Shown: positions 8,622 to 18,957, counted from the first letter of the stretch. The stretch: DNA of 61,373 nt from Candidatus Nomurabacteria bacterium (GCA_943354975.1 CALRDS010000001.1:1-61373), one strand, 5' to 3'. Notes: a model not told the origin generated them from the sequence alone. A program made the numbers and translations.

Positions 8622-10014
8622 ATATTTTACTTACTTCCTGTCCATTTTCAGTATCTTTCACAGAAAATCCTAAGTTGAGAATTTCATCACGCAATTTATC
8701 AGACTCTTCCCAGTTTTTCTCTTCGCGAGATTTTTTACGATGATTCAGTAATTCCTTTACATTATGAGGCATATCTACAGCCTTTTCTTTCTCAGCTAAA
8801 TGTAAATTTAACCCGAGCACTGCACTCATATACATAAGTGTTGTGTATTTATCATTATCACTCAATGATTCATCTTTTATAAGATTCCAGATTTGTGCGA
8901 CACAGGCCGGAGTTCCTAAATCATCATACAAACTTTCTTTAAAAAGATTTTTGTAGTGCTTACTGATTGAACCTTCTTCTGTTTTATGTTCCACACACCA
9001 AAATACTAACTTTTTATACGCAACATTTGATGCATCCAATGCTTCAAAAGAAAAAGAAAGTTCTTTTCTATAATGTGCTGTTAATAAAAAGTATCTATAG
9101 GCGATTGGGTCATATCCTTTTTCAATCAATGTAGAAAGCGTCAGAAAGTCATCGGAGGATTTTGCCATCTTACCAACTGCATCAATCAAAAAGTTGTTAT
9201 GTACCCAATAATTAACAAATTTTTCTCCCGTCGCACAAACACTCTGTGCAATTTCATTTGTATGGTGTACGGGTATATGATCGATACCTCCCGTGTGAAT
9301 ATCAAAATGATGTCCCAAATATTTCATAGACATGGCAGAACATTCTATGTGCCAACCCGGAAAACCTATTCCCCAAGGGGATTCCCACTCCATCTGTCTT
9401 TTTTCATCTTTGGGAGAAAATTTCCATAGAGCAAAGTCAGTTATATTTCTTTTCTCTGTGTTTTCTTCTACACGAGCACCACTTCTTAGTCCTTCTACAT
9501 CTAGATGGGCGAAATCTGCATACTTTTTAAACTTGGCGGTGTCAAAATAAACTCCATCATTTGTTACATATGCATAACCTTTTTTTTCAAGAGATCTAAT
9601 TAATTCTATCTGCTCAGGAATATGATCTGTTGCGCGTGGGAAAATATAATCCTTAATAGGAATATTTAGTGCGATTAAATCCTTAAAATAAGCATCAGTA
9701 TACAGCTTTGCAATATCCCAAACACTTTTACCTTCACGTCGTGAACCTTTTTCCATTTTATCCTCACCATTATCACCATCATCTGTATTGTGTCCAACAT
9801 CTGTAATATTTATGACATGTTTAACATTATAATGTGCTGAAACAAACATTCTACGCAAAGTATCCGCAAAAACATATGCTCGTAAGTTTCCAATCTGAGC
9901 AAAATGGTAAACAGTTGGTCCACAAGAATAAATGGAAACTTCTCCTTCTTTTATAGGTTTAAATTCTTCAATATTTTTAGTTTTTGTATTGTATAATCGT
10001 ATCTCACTAAGCAT
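8620..10014 (-). CDS. cysS: Cysteine--tRNA ligase
   Basis: YSCGPTVY, QIGN (HIGH-type), GFPGWHIECSAM, KMAKS. Confidence 0.98.
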   Translation of the reverse strand: MLSEIRLYNTKTKNIEEFKPIKEGEVSIYSCGPTVYHFAQIGNLRAYVFADTLRRMFVSAHYNVKHVINITDVGHNTDDGDNGEDKMEKGSRREGKSVWDIAKLYTDAYFKDLIALNIPIKDYIFPRATDHIPEQIELIRSLEKKGYAYVTNDGVYFDTAKFKKYADFAHLDVEGLRSGARVEENTEKRNITDFALWKFSPKDEKRQMEWESPWGIGFPGWHIECSAMSMKYLGHHFDIHTGGIDHIPVHHTNEIAQSVCATGEKFVNYWVHNNFLIDAVGKMAKSSDDFLTLSTLIEKGYDPIAYRYFLLTAHYRKELSFSFEALDASNVAYKKLVFWCVEHKTEEGSISKHYKNLFKESLYDDLGTPACVAQIWNLIKDESLSDNDKYTTLMYMSAVLGLNLHLAEKEKAVDMPHNVKELLNHRKKSREEKNWEESDKLRDEILNLGFSVKDTENGQEVSKI

Positions 10015-10063
10015 GTATTTATCCCTTTATTCTAACACATTTTTGCGCTATACTATTTGTTAT

Positions 10064-11311
10064 ATGCAGAGATTCTCAATCGCTCCACACATAAAAAGAC
10101 CGGCAACGGCTACCCCTAGAAAAGTATTTAAACACTTAGGTATAGTTATCTTTATAGTTGCGTTATTTTGCGTAGGAGTCATAGTTGGTGCGGCATTAAA
10201 TAATAATACGTATGCGGCAGATGGGAAAGTAGATAGCCCACTTCTTTCTCAAGTAAAAAGTAAACTAGACGAGAAGCTTATTTTTTGGAAATCATCTTCA
10301 ACATTACCAACAGATAAAGAGCTTGAGTACGGAATGATAAGAGGATACGTAGATAGTTACAAAGATCCTTATACTGTGTTTTTCCCTCCAGCTGAAGCAA
10401 AAAGCTTCGCAGAAAATGTACAAGGTTCTTTTGGAGGTGTAGGTATGAACGTAGGTATGAAAGATGGAAGTATCGTGATAATTGCACCGCTTAAAGACTC
10501 TCCAGCTATGAAGGCAGGAATTTTAGCCGGGGATATCATTACTGCAGTTGATGGGAAAAGTATGATAGGGTTTTCTTCTGATCAAGCCGTTAATATGATT
10601 CGTGGTCCAATAGATACAAAAGTAGTTGTAACAGTACTTCATAAAAACGCAAAAGAAGTTTCTGATATTACAATAATACGTAAAGAAATAAAAATCCCGA
10701 CGATTGATACAGAAAAGAAAGACGGAGTATTCATAATACATTTATATAATTTCTCTGCCGAGTCTCCTGAATTGTTCCATACAGCATTAAATGACTTCAT
10801 AACTTCGGGTTTGAAATATCTGGTTATTGATTTACGAGGAAACCCAGGAGGATATCTAGAAGCATCAGTAAAGATGGCAAGTTTTTTCTTGAAAGAGGGT
10901 CAGGTGGTTGTAAGTGAGAGACAGGGAAAAGACGAAACAGTAGTTAACCATAGAAGTTTAGGCTTAACTGGATTACTCTCTGATACAAAAGTGGTTGTTT
11001 TGGTAGACGGAGGTTCTGCATCAGCGTCAGAAATATTTGCTGGAGCATTAAAGGATCAGGGTGTTGCAAAAATAGTTGGTGAAAAAACCTTTGGGAAAGG
11101 CTCTGTCCAAGAGTTGGTGAATTTTGAAGGTGGATCGTCTCTTAAAGTAACTATAGCAAAATGGTATACACCATCTGGGATAAATATATCCGTAAGTGGA
11201 ATCAAATCAGACGTTGAATCTGTTGCCACAACAACAGTTAAAGGAAAGGATGGTAAGCCGGTAGACACTCAGCTTTTAAAGGCTATTGAAGTAGTAAAGA
11301 GAGTGGGTTAG
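10064..11311 (+). CDS. ctpA: S41 carboxyl-terminal protease with PDZ domain (start 10064 preferred)
   Basis: DPYTVF, DLRGNPGG, SASASE, TFGKGSVQ; TATACT shortly upstream of ATG 10064. Confidence 0.93.
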   Translation: MQRFSIAPHIKRPATATPRKVFKHLGIVIFIVALFCVGVIVGAALNNNTYAADGKVDSPLLSQVKSKLDEKLIFWKSSSTLPTDKELEYGMIRGYVDSYKDPYTVFFPPAEAKSFAENVQGSFGGVGMNVGMKDGSIVIIAPLKDSPAMKAGILAGDIITAVDGKSMIGFSSDQAVNMIRGPIDTKVVVTVLHKNAKEVSDITIIRKEIKIPTIDTEKKDGVFIIHLYNFSAESPELFHTALNDFITSGLKYLVIDLRGNPGGYLEASVKMASFFLKEGQVVVSERQGKDETVVNHRSLGLTGLLSDTKVVVLVDGGSASASEIFAGALKDQGVAKIVGEKTFGKGSVQELVNFEGGSSLKVTIAKWYTPSGINISVSGIKSDVESVATTTVKGKDGKPVDTQLLKAIEVVKRVG

Positions 11312-11320
11312 TATAAGAAA

Positions 11321-11761
11321 ATGAAAATAATATTGTTGAAAGATATTTCTCGTCTTGGAAAAAGAGGAGAAATTAAAGAGGTGGCGGACGGGTACGCAAT
11401 GAACGTACTTATTAAAAGTGCCCAGGCAATACGTGCCACACCAGAAGAACTTACAAAATGGAAGCAAAAGGAAGAAGCCCAAAAAAGAAAAAAAGAGCTC
11501 GCTACAACTATATTTTCTCAATTACTGGATAAATTAAATAAAGAACAGGTAAAAATCACTGGTAAAAAAGCTGATCAAAAAGGACAACTCTTCGCACAAG
11601 TAAAGGAAACTGACATAACAGAAATGATATTTAAATCAACCAATATTTCCATTGACCCACACCAAGTTATAATCCCCACACCCATAAAATCAGTTGGCGT
11701 GCATACCGTGGAATTAAAACAAGGAACTCGTAAAGAAAAATTCAAAATTAATGTAATCTGA
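11321..11761 (+). CDS. rplI: 50S ribosomal protein L9
   Basis: [27 protein letters not shown]. Confidence 0.97.
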   Translation: MKIILLKDISRLGKRGEIKEVADGYAMNVLIKSAQAIRATPEELTKWKQKEEAQKRKKELATTIFSQLLDKLNKEQVKITGKKADQKGQLFAQVKETDITEMIFKSTNISIDPHQVIIPTPIKSVGVHTVELKQGTRKEKFKINVI

Positions 11762-11806
11762 GTATAAACGATCACAGTTGTCCTAGAAATTGTGTATACT
11801 TGAATT

Positions 11807-12286
11807 ATGAGTACTCATAAAAGTTCTAACGTAAGCGCAATAATAGTTTTTGTAATCTTAGGTGGAATTTTTTATTTTTACAAAAATATTCCTACAAAAG
11901 TAGTTATTACTCCGATAGATAAAAGCTCATTAGCTCCACCGGGGATTCCAATTAAAAAAGAATCTACTACTAAAGTCCCGGCAACCATGGTTATATACAC
12001 AGATAATGGATTTACACCAAAAACAATTGTAATCAAAAAAGGATCTAAATTAACTTTTGTTAATAAGACAACAAACAAAATGTGGATAGCGTCTGACCCA
12101 CATCCAACTAATAGTGGGTACATCGGAAAAACCAGAGTATCACACTGTCCTGACACTTCTGGAACTGCTTTTGACCAGTGCAATATTGGTAATAGTTATA
12201 CTTTTACTTTCAACAAAATTGGAACATGGGGATACCATAATTACATGGTAGACCAAGACAAAGGCGTGATAACTGTAACTGAATAA
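11807..12286 (+). CDS. Membrane-anchored cupredoxin-like protein
   Basis: GFTPKTIVIKKG...F.N, ASDPHP, YTFTF.KIGTWGYHN. Confidence 0.8.
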   Translation: MSTHKSSNVSAIIVFVILGGIFYFYKNIPTKVVITPIDKSSLAPPGIPIKKESTTKVPATMVIYTDNGFTPKTIVIKKGSKLTFVNKTTNKMWIASDPHPTNSGYIGKTRVSHCPDTSGTAFDQCNIGNSYTFTFNKIGTWGYHNYMVDQDKGVITVTE

Positions 12287-12313
12287 AAAACTGACCCTGG
12301 TGGTCAGTTTTTT
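12285..12313. terminator. Bidirectional terminator
   Basis: aaaaaactgacc-ctggt-ggtcagtttttt. Confidence 0.8.
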
Positions 12314-12316
12314 ATT

Positions 12317-12589
12317 TTATAAAACATTCGCAATCTTTTTTCTTTTTATAGATCCGTCTAGATGCTTCATCCGTCTTTCTGAGTATGATACAACTCCTGG
12401 TTTAAGCGCAAATAACGTGTGATCTTTTCCTAGTCCTACATTTTTTCCAGCCATTATCTTTGTGCCTCTTTGGCGAACAATAATAGCCCCAGCTGAGGCT
12501 GTTTCTCCAGCATAAAGCTTAGTACCTAGGTACTTTGGCTTACTATCTGTTAGGTTTTTTGCCGAACCTGCGGCTTTTCTTGTTGCCAT
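12317..12589 (-). CDS. rpmA: 50S ribosomal protein L27
   Basis: [18 protein letters not shown]...IIVRQRGT...GKDHTLFA. Confidence 0.98.
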   Translation of the reverse strand: MATRKAAGSAKNLTDSKPKYLGTKLYAGETASAGAIIVRQRGTKIMAGKNVGLGKDHTLFALKPGVVSYSERRMKHLDGSIKRKKIANVL

Positions 12590-12618
12590 AGCTTATACTA
12601 AAAATGCAGAATAATTAA

Positions 12619-12969
12619 TTGTTTATGTGGCACAGTATACAAGAAAACTTGAAAAAAATCAATAGCTACCTATCTTGGGGTGACTGTTTCAGTTTATTTA
12701 TAACAACCTTGTTTCTGGGCACTTTTTTAACATTTATATATCTAGAAAAAGCCGATTCCTACATACCCGTGCGATATATAGAGTCTAACGGGGAAATTTT
12801 GTCTAAAAATAATATCTCGAAGCCGTTTGCGAGTAGAAGCGGTAAAACCTATACCTTTTCTTGGTGCCAAGGATCTACAATTATAAGTGAGAAAAACAAA
12901 ATATATTTTTCAACTGAAGACGAGGCCATTAACTCAGGTAGAGTTTTATCCAAGCTTTGCCAAAAATAA
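12619..12969 (+). CDS. Membrane protein with Ada metal-binding-like C-terminal domain
   Basis: TM then ASRSGKTY...C...I.EKNKIYF.TE.EA..SG. Confidence 0.7.
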   Translation: MFMWHSIQENLKKINSYLSWGDCFSLFITTLFLGTFLTFIYLEKADSYIPVRYIESNGEILSKNNISKPFASRSGKTYTFSWCQGSTIISEKNKIYFSTEDEAINSGRVLSKLCQK

Positions 12970-13071
12970 AAAAAGACCCGGGCGAACATGGGAGGATGAA
13001 CGCCTGGCCTAAATCCTACGGTAGGGTGCAGGGAATACCAAGACTATACCAAACTTACTTACTTTTGACAA
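12968..13071 (-). ncRNA. Candidate ~70-nt small RNA with a CCUCCC loop
   Basis: TTGTCA-17-TATAGT (13043-13071); hairpin cctac/gtagg; terminator stem plus U7; no ORF. Confidence 0.5.
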
Positions 13072-13137
13072 CCCCTCTAAAATAAAACTAAATTTGTCCA
13101 CTTCTATTATTAAGAACTACCGCTATACTGTAACTAT

Positions 13138-13203
13138 ATGGCAAAAGGAAATCACAGCGAAAGAAGAGAGAAAAAGAAGCCAAAGAAGGTTGTTATAAAA
13201 TAG
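13138..13203 (+). CDS. Small basic peptide MAKGNHSERREKKKPKKVVIK (not in ORF track)
   Basis: TATACT 8 nt before ATG, same layout as the housekeeping genes. Confidence 0.6.
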   Translation: MAKGNHSERREKKKPKKVVIK

Positions 13204-13272
13204 ATTTTTAACTTTCTAAGACTTAATAAAATTCAAAGCATTTAAAAGTGCTATTTTTGTTATACTATCTTT

Positions 13273-13875
13273 ATGATTTTCACCCCTCGCTTAGATGAAG
13301 CTATACGACTTTCAGCCCAGCTTCACAGAAACCAAGTAAGAAAAGATAACCAGAAAACTCCTTACATAACTCATCTTTTTTCTGTTGCTTTAATTATTGC
13401 AGAAGTAACTGATAATGAAGACATAATAATCGCTGGTCTTATGCATGATTCGCTGGAGGATGTTCCTGGATACACATACTCGAAGCTAACTGAGGACTGT
13501 GGTGAAGATGTTGCAAAAATTGTTCAATCTGTTACTGAGCCTCTTGACCCAAACAAAGAGGAGACCGAGCAATTGCCATGGCTAGAAAGAAAAGAAAAAT
13601 ACTTAGAAAGTCTTAAATCTGGAGGCCGTGAAGGTGCAATAGTTTCTGGTGCAGATAAAATACACAATACTGAAAGCTTGTTAAGAGGACTAGAACGAGA
13701 AAAAGATGAATTTCTAAAAAGATTTAGCTCTAGTTTACGCAATAAACTTTGGTTTCATGAGCAAGTACTTTTAATAATAGAAGAAAAGCTTGGGACTGAC
13801 CATCGTATTGTAATGCGGATGAAAACCTGCACAGAAAAATTTAAGTCACTTCTTTCTGAATATGAAAAAGGATAA
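13273..13875 (+). CDS. HD-domain protein, RelA/SpoT-hydrolase (Mesh1/SAH)-like
   Basis: H..Q.RK...PYITH, AGLMHDSLED, V..VT, ADKIHN. Confidence 0.9.
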   Translation: MIFTPRLDEAIRLSAQLHRNQVRKDNQKTPYITHLFSVALIIAEVTDNEDIIIAGLMHDSLEDVPGYTYSKLTEDCGEDVAKIVQSVTEPLDPNKEETEQLPWLERKEKYLESLKSGGREGAIVSGADKIHNTESLLRGLEREKDEFLKRFSSSLRNKLWFHEQVLLIIEEKLGTDHRIVMRMKTCTEKFKSLLSEYEKG

Positions 13876-16800
13876 AAATATAAGCCTAAATTTTGAAGAG
13901 CGATATAATACTCTAAACAAAGAACAGAAAAAAGCAGTCGATGAAATAGACGGCCCAGTGCTTGTAATTGCGGGCCCGGGAAGTGGAAAGACTGAACTCT
14001 TGTCATTACGTGTAGCAAATATTCTAAGAAAGACAGGACTCTCAGGAAGTGCTGTACTGTGTCTTACATTTACTGATAGCGGAGCCATGGCCATGCGTAA
14101 AAGGTTACTTTCACTTCTTGGGAAAGAGGCGTACAGAGTTGGGGTATTTACATATCACGGATTCGCAACACATTTAATAAATAGATTTCCCGAATATTTT
14201 TATAATGCAGTCTCATTCGTACCAGCAACAGACATCATAACTTCAAACATTTTTCAAGAAATATTTAAAGCTCTCCCTCATTCACATCCATTTTCTAGTT
14301 ATCATGGTCGTTTGGGATATAGTTTCTTGTCAGATGCGAAGTCTCGTATAAGTGAAATCAAGCGTGGTGGTTATACAGCTAAATCATACAGAGAAGTTCT
14401 AGAAAAACTTATTAAGGAATCTATTGCTATAGATAAAATCTTAAAAAAATATCCTGAAGGTAAGATGTCTGTAAAAAGACTCTCTGAAATTGAACCTCTC
14501 ATAAAAGAATTTACTGGTTTAAAGTCACACACTGGAGGACTTTTCTCAGAAACATTAAAAGAAGCCGTAATCTCAACAGAAGCGTCCGGAACTGTTGAAC
14601 CATTAACCACATGGAAATCAAGATATACAGAAAAAGAAGAGGGAATCCTGATAACTAAAGACACACATAATAAAGAAAAATTACTAGCGCTTTGTGATAT
14701 TTATGACACATACGAAAATAAATTAAATGAGTTAGCTTTGTTTGACTATGATGATATGATTTTGCAGGTCGGAGAAACTCTGCGCAAAGAAGAATCTCTG
14801 CGCGACATTTTACAAGAAGAATACCAATACTTACTACTTGATGAATTCCAAGATACAAACGAAGCCCAAATGCATATAGTAGAGGCCTTAACGAGTAGTC
14901 ATATACACGAAGGAAAGCCAAACATTTTAGCAGTAGGAGATGATGACCAAGCTATTTATAAATTCCAAGGTGCACTCGTATCTCATATTTCTCATTTTAG
15001 AGGTAAATTATACAAAGATGTAAAAACCATTGTCCTTGATAAAAACTATCGTTCAACTCAAAACATAATCGATCTATCAAGAGATACAATAATTCAAGGA
15101 AAAGACCGACTGGAAAATCATTTTTCTGATATCCAAAAAATACTAAAACAAGGTAAAGAGTCACTACCTACTGGAGAAATACACATAAACTCTTATCCAA
15201 ATGAAACCAGTGAATACGAGCATGTAGCAAAGAAAATAAACGAGCTGATAAAAGAGGGGATCGCCTCCGAAGAAATTGCCGTTATATCAAAGAAGCACAA
15301 AGATTTACAATCAGTACTACCGTATTTTGATTATTATAAAATTCCTTATTCTTATGAGAAAAAGGCGAACGTCTTCGACGAGCCCCACGTTGCCGAAATA
15401 GTAACTATATGTGAATACATTTCTTCTGTTTTTAATAATGATGTGACAAAAGATTATTTACTACCACGTATTCTTTCTTATAAATTCTGGAACATTGAAG
15501 CTAAAGAATTAATTTCAATATCTGTAAAAGCAAAAAAGTCTAATCTACTGTGGAAAGACTCCGTATCTACCAGTACTGATAAAAATATCATCTCTGCATA
15601 TAATTTACTTTCTGAATTAGCAAAAGATTCTCCTAGTGCTCCTCTTGCTCACTTGATAGACACATTCATTGAAAAGAGTGGTTTCAAAACTTATTATTTT
15701 GGTGAAGATGTTTTAAAAGAAAATGAAGTTAAGTACATAACATTTCTCACATCGCTTCGCACATTTATGGAGGCACTACGTGAGTACAAAGATAAAGAGA
15801 ATCTGCTAGCTAGTGATGTGTCTACCTTCGTTCATATATATAAAGAACACAAACTCTCACTTGTCTCAACTACTGTATTATCCACAAATATAAAAAATAT
15901 CTCATTATTATCTGCACATAAATCTAAAGGTTTAGAATTTGAGTACGTTTTTATTATTAACGGCGATGATGATACTTGGAACGGGCGAGGTCGCACGAAC
16001 ATAGTACCACTGCCTATTTATCTCGTTCCTTTTATCGTTCCAGCAGGGGACACAGAAGATGATAAGTTACGATTACTTTATGTTGCTCTAACAAGAGCCA
16101 AACATTCTTTGTATGTATCACACCACGGCACACTAGTTAGATATTTAGAAAACCAAGATAAATATAAAAAAGAAATAGCTATTGAAAGTGATATAAATCT
16201 AAAAAATTCCACTCTCTCCCTTCCTCTTATACTTCATACTCCATACTCACAAAAAGAGCATAGCTTGTTGAAAGAATTGGTAAAGGATTATGCGATGCCA
16301 GTTACACATTTACAAAACTTTACAGATTTATCTCGTGGGGGACCATTTTATTTTGTTGAACAAAACTTATTACGCTTTCCAAAACCACTAATTGCAAGTG
16401 GTGCTTATGGAAATGCAGTTCATTCTGGAATAGAAGAAATAGTTTTGTATAAAAAGTATCACGGTGGAGAATCTCCGACTTTAGAACATATATTAAGTAC
16501 GTTTGTACATAAACTTGCATCGAGTCGACTACCTCAATCTGAATACATCTTTTTTAAAAACAAAGGCGAAGAAACCCTAAGAAGATACTACAAAGAAGCT
16601 GTAAAAAATTTCACTGGGAATGAAGCTGTAGAGCTCGATATGAAAGAAGAGGGGGTCACAGTAGATGATGCAGTATTAACTGGTAAAATCGATTTTATGC
16701 GTGAAGAAAAAGATGGATACCATATATTGGATTTCAAAACTGGAAAAAGTTATGTGGAATGGAAAGGAAAAGATGATACGGAGAAAATAAAATTACATAA

Positions 16801-17077
16801 TTATAGATATCAGTTACTCATGTATAAACTTCTATTAGAGGAAAGTACCCATTACAAGAAAAATGTATCGACCCTCGGACTTCAATTTGTAGATGACGAA
16901 GAAATAACGACTCTTTATTTAGATGAAAAAGATGGAGAGATGGAACATTTCAAAAAATTAATCTCTGCAGTTTATAAAAAAATAACTACACTTAATTTCC
17001 CAGATATTTCTAAATACCCTCAAACACTTGATGGCATAAAACAATTTGAAGAAGATTTGATTTCTGAAAAAATATGA
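13862..17077 (+). CDS. UvrD/PcrA-family helicase fused to a C-terminal PD-(D/E)XK nuclease
   Basis: AGPGSGKT, LTFT, DEFQD, VGDDDQAIY, NYRS, HKSKGLEF, YVALTRA; C-terminal GKID...ILDFKTG...YQL. Confidence 0.95.
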   Translation: MKKDKNISLNFEERYNTLNKEQKKAVDEIDGPVLVIAGPGSGKTELLSLRVANILRKTGLSGSAVLCLTFTDSGAMAMRKRLLSLLGKEAYRVGVFTYHGFATHLINRFPEYFYNAVSFVPATDIITSNIFQEIFKALPHSHPFSSYHGRLGYSFLSDAKSRISEIKRGGYTAKSYREVLEKLIKESIAIDKILKKYPEGKMSVKRLSEIEPLIKEFTGLKSHTGGLFSETLKEAVISTEASGTVEPLTTWKSRYTEKEEGILITKDTHNKEKLLALCDIYDTYENKLNELALFDYDDMILQVGETLRKEESLRDILQEEYQYLLLDEFQDTNEAQMHIVEALTSSHIHEGKPNILAVGDDDQAIYKFQGALVSHISHFRGKLYKDVKTIVLDKNYRSTQNIIDLSRDTIIQGKDRLENHFSDIQKILKQGKESLPTGEIHINSYPNETSEYEHVAKKINELIKEGIASEEIAVISKKHKDLQSVLPYFDYYKIPYSYEKKANVFDEPHVAEIVTICEYISSVFNNDVTKDYLLPRILSYKFWNIEAKELISISVKAKKSNLLWKDSVSTSTDKNIISAYNLLSELAKDSPSAPLAHLIDTFIEKSGFKTYYFGEDVLKENEVKYITFLTSLRTFMEALREYKDKENLLASDVSTFVHIYKEHKLSLVSTTVLSTNIKNISLLSAHKSKGLEFEYVFIINGDDDTWNGRGRTNIVPLPIYLVPFIVPAGDTEDDKLRLLYVALTRAKHSLYVSHHGTLVRYLENQDKYKKEIAIESDINLKNSTLSLPLILHTPYSQKEHSLLKELVKDYAMPVTHLQNFTDLSRGGPFYFVEQNLLRFPKPLIASGAYGNAVHSGIEEIVLYKKYHGGESPTLEHILSTFVHKLASSRLPQSEYIFFKNKGEETLRRYYKEAVKNFTGNEAVELDMKEEGVTVDDAVLTGKIDFMREEKDGYHILDFKTGKSYVEWKGKDDTEKIKLHNYRYQLLMYKLLLEESTHYKKNVSTLGLQFVDDEEITTLYLDEKDGEMEHFKKLISAVYKKITTLNFPDISKYPQTLDGIKQFEEDLISEKI

Positions 17078-17110
17078 AATAAAAAAGGCACAACCACTTC
17101 CGTGGTGTGC
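17078..17110 (-). terminator. Terminator of cassette ORF 17111-17359
   Basis: gcacaccac-ggaa-gtggttgtgc plus U-tract on the minus strand. Confidence 0.75.
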
Positions 17111-17359
17111 TTATTGGGGTTTCTGACCATAGTGCATCAGGTCTCGGAAAAACGCCACGTGGACCATGAAGCACAGGACCGCCACTCCGCCAAGGTTCGC
17201 GATGAAGCAAATCTCCGGCGAGAGGGGAATCAGGTACATGTTGATGAACATGAGTCCACCGAATTCCAAGGCGATTGGCCACCAAATCATGTATAGAAAC
17301 AACAGAATCATCGTTCCCTTGGTCCTCGGAAAATGTTTTAAGACACTTCTCCTTATCAT
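17111..17359 (-). CDS. Orphan cassette membrane protein, 2 TM (start uncertain)
   Basis: Two hydrophobic helices; promoter TTGACA-17-TAACAT at 17372-17400; GC-richer than flanks. Confidence 0.65.
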   Translation of the reverse strand: MIRRSVLKHFPRTKGTMILLFLYMIWWPIALEFGGLMFINMYLIPLSPEICFIANLGGVAVLCFMVHVAFFRDLMHYGQKPQ

Positions 17360-17487
17360 TGGGATTCTTATATGTTACAACCAAAACCAATTTCTGTCAA
17401 TATTGCTCTAGTTAGTACAGACGAACCGAGACTTTTCTTAAAGCAACATCACTGGAAACTAAAAACTAAAAACTGTAAACTACCTAC

Positions 17488-18372
17488 ATGCCTGATAAAT
17501 ACTCTGCAGTGTGGGTATCACATTCTTCTATGGGAGACTTTTTGAAATGTCCTCGCTTATATTATTTACATAACATGTATAAAAGTAAAAAAACTGGACG
17601 AAAGATATCCATTGTAAGCCCACACATGTCGTTAGGTGTCGCAGTCCATGAAGTATTAGAAGGATTGGCGAATTATCCTGCAAATGAAAGATTAGATACT
17701 GATTTGCGTGCGAAGTTTGAAGAAGAGTGGTTAAAAGTATCTGGTAAAAAAGGAGGGTTCACAGATACAGACGAAGAGGATGAGTTTAAAATGCGCGGGA
17801 AAGACATGATAAACAATGTAATAAAAGATCCGAAGTTTTTAGTTAACAAATGTGTAAAACTAAAAAGAGGGGAGATGAACCCAAATTTTTATTTAAGTGA
17901 AGATGACAACATTATCTTAAATGGATTGATTGATTGGCTAGAATATTTACCACTTAGTGACTCGCTTCACATTGTTGACTTTAAAACTGGTAAAAAAGAG
18001 GAATCCGAAGCGTCTCTTCAGCTTCCAATATATTTATTACTTTGTAATGCACTTCAAAAAAGAAAAGTAACTAAGGCAAGTTATTGGTACCTAGAATCTG
18101 GAAATATAGTCGAAAAAGAATTACCGGACGCTGATACTGCCTATAGAGATGTATACACTGTGGCTCGAAAAGTAAAAGACGCTCGTGTGAAAGCAAAACG
18201 TGAAGGGGAGGATTCTGTTTTTGTATGTCCGCAAGGTCCATATAACCCAACAACACTTTCTGGTGGATGTATGTACTGTCGACCGTATGAGTGGATAATA
18301 TCTGAAAGTGATATGGCAGAGCATGTGGGAATTGGTGGATTTAATCAAGATATGTATATAATTAAGAAATAG
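17488..18372 (+). CDS. Stand-alone PD-(D/E)XK (RecB/AddB/Cas4-like) nuclease with 4 Cys
   Basis: S.S...F.KCPR, G..VHE.LE, GLID, IVDFKTG, QL..Y, C...C..C. Confidence 0.92.
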   Translation: MPDKYSAVWVSHSSMGDFLKCPRLYYLHNMYKSKKTGRKISIVSPHMSLGVAVHEVLEGLANYPANERLDTDLRAKFEEEWLKVSGKKGGFTDTDEEDEFKMRGKDMINNVIKDPKFLVNKCVKLKRGEMNPNFYLSEDDNIILNGLIDWLEYLPLSDSLHIVDFKTGKKEESEASLQLPIYLLLCNALQKRKVTKASYWYLESGNIVEKELPDADTAYRDVYTVARKVKDARVKAKREGEDSVFVCPQGPYNPTTLSGGCMYCRPYEWIISESDMAEHVGIGGFNQDMYIIKK

Positions 18373-18375
18373 AAT

Positions 18376-18759
18376 ATGAAAAGAAACAGAAATATATATT
18401 TAGCTGGAATCATAGTTATACTTCTTCTTTTTGTAGTTTATTTTTACAAGTCAGGCACCACACCATCATCACTCAAAAAAGAACCTATTGTTTCCAGTAT
18501 TCCAAGTTATGATGATTTAGATTTCCAAAGATTTGTAAAGGCGAGAATAGAAAAACGCTGTCCATTTTATCAACCAGATGGAGTCACATACAGGCAATGC
18601 TTATCTGATTGGGAAGAAGGTTTAGTAAAAGAAGTTATACCGGAACTGTCGGATGAAGTTCATGCCTACTGCGATACATTCACAAAAAAATATACTGAAC
18701 CACACTCTCTTGAATCAATAGAATTATTTTTAAAATGCTCAATTTATAAATTACAATAA
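18376..18759 (+). CDS. Membrane-anchored or exported Cys-containing hypothetical protein
   Basis: N-terminal basic residues plus TM; 4 Cys. Confidence 0.7.
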   Translation: MKRNRNIYLAGIIVILLLFVVYFYKSGTTPSSLKKEPIVSSIPSYDDLDFQRFVKARIEKRCPFYQPDGVTYRQCLSDWEEGLVKEVIPELSDEVHAYCDTFTKKYTEPHSLESIELFLKCSIYKLQ

Positions 18760-18957
18760 TTTGGGCACTAGTCGCAATTTATAAATTTCCCTCATGGGTG
18801 ATTTTTATAAATATCCCATATCTGATATTGGTGTCGTTTGCCACTATTTTACAACTGACCACACTATCCCTAAATCGCTAAATAAGGGGCCTTACAGAGC
18901 AATATATGCCAAATTACAAGGGGCTGAAGAGGTGTTTAGAAAAACTCTATAACTCCA

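Noticed and set aside
17010..17411. Alternative ORFs 17010-17390(-), 17102-17296(+), 17166-17411(+)
   Set aside because: They run through the terminator or promoter; 17111-17359(-) ends exactly at the terminator and has a coherent 2-TM pattern.
17488..18372. Cas4 / CRISPR system
   Set aside because: Cas4-like fold, but no other cas genes and no repeat-spacer array anywhere in the window.
18794..18952. 52-codon ORF (MGDFYKYP...FRKTL) ending just before ERIC-like copy A
   Set aside because: No clear promoter, SD or recognisable motif; cannot be supported.
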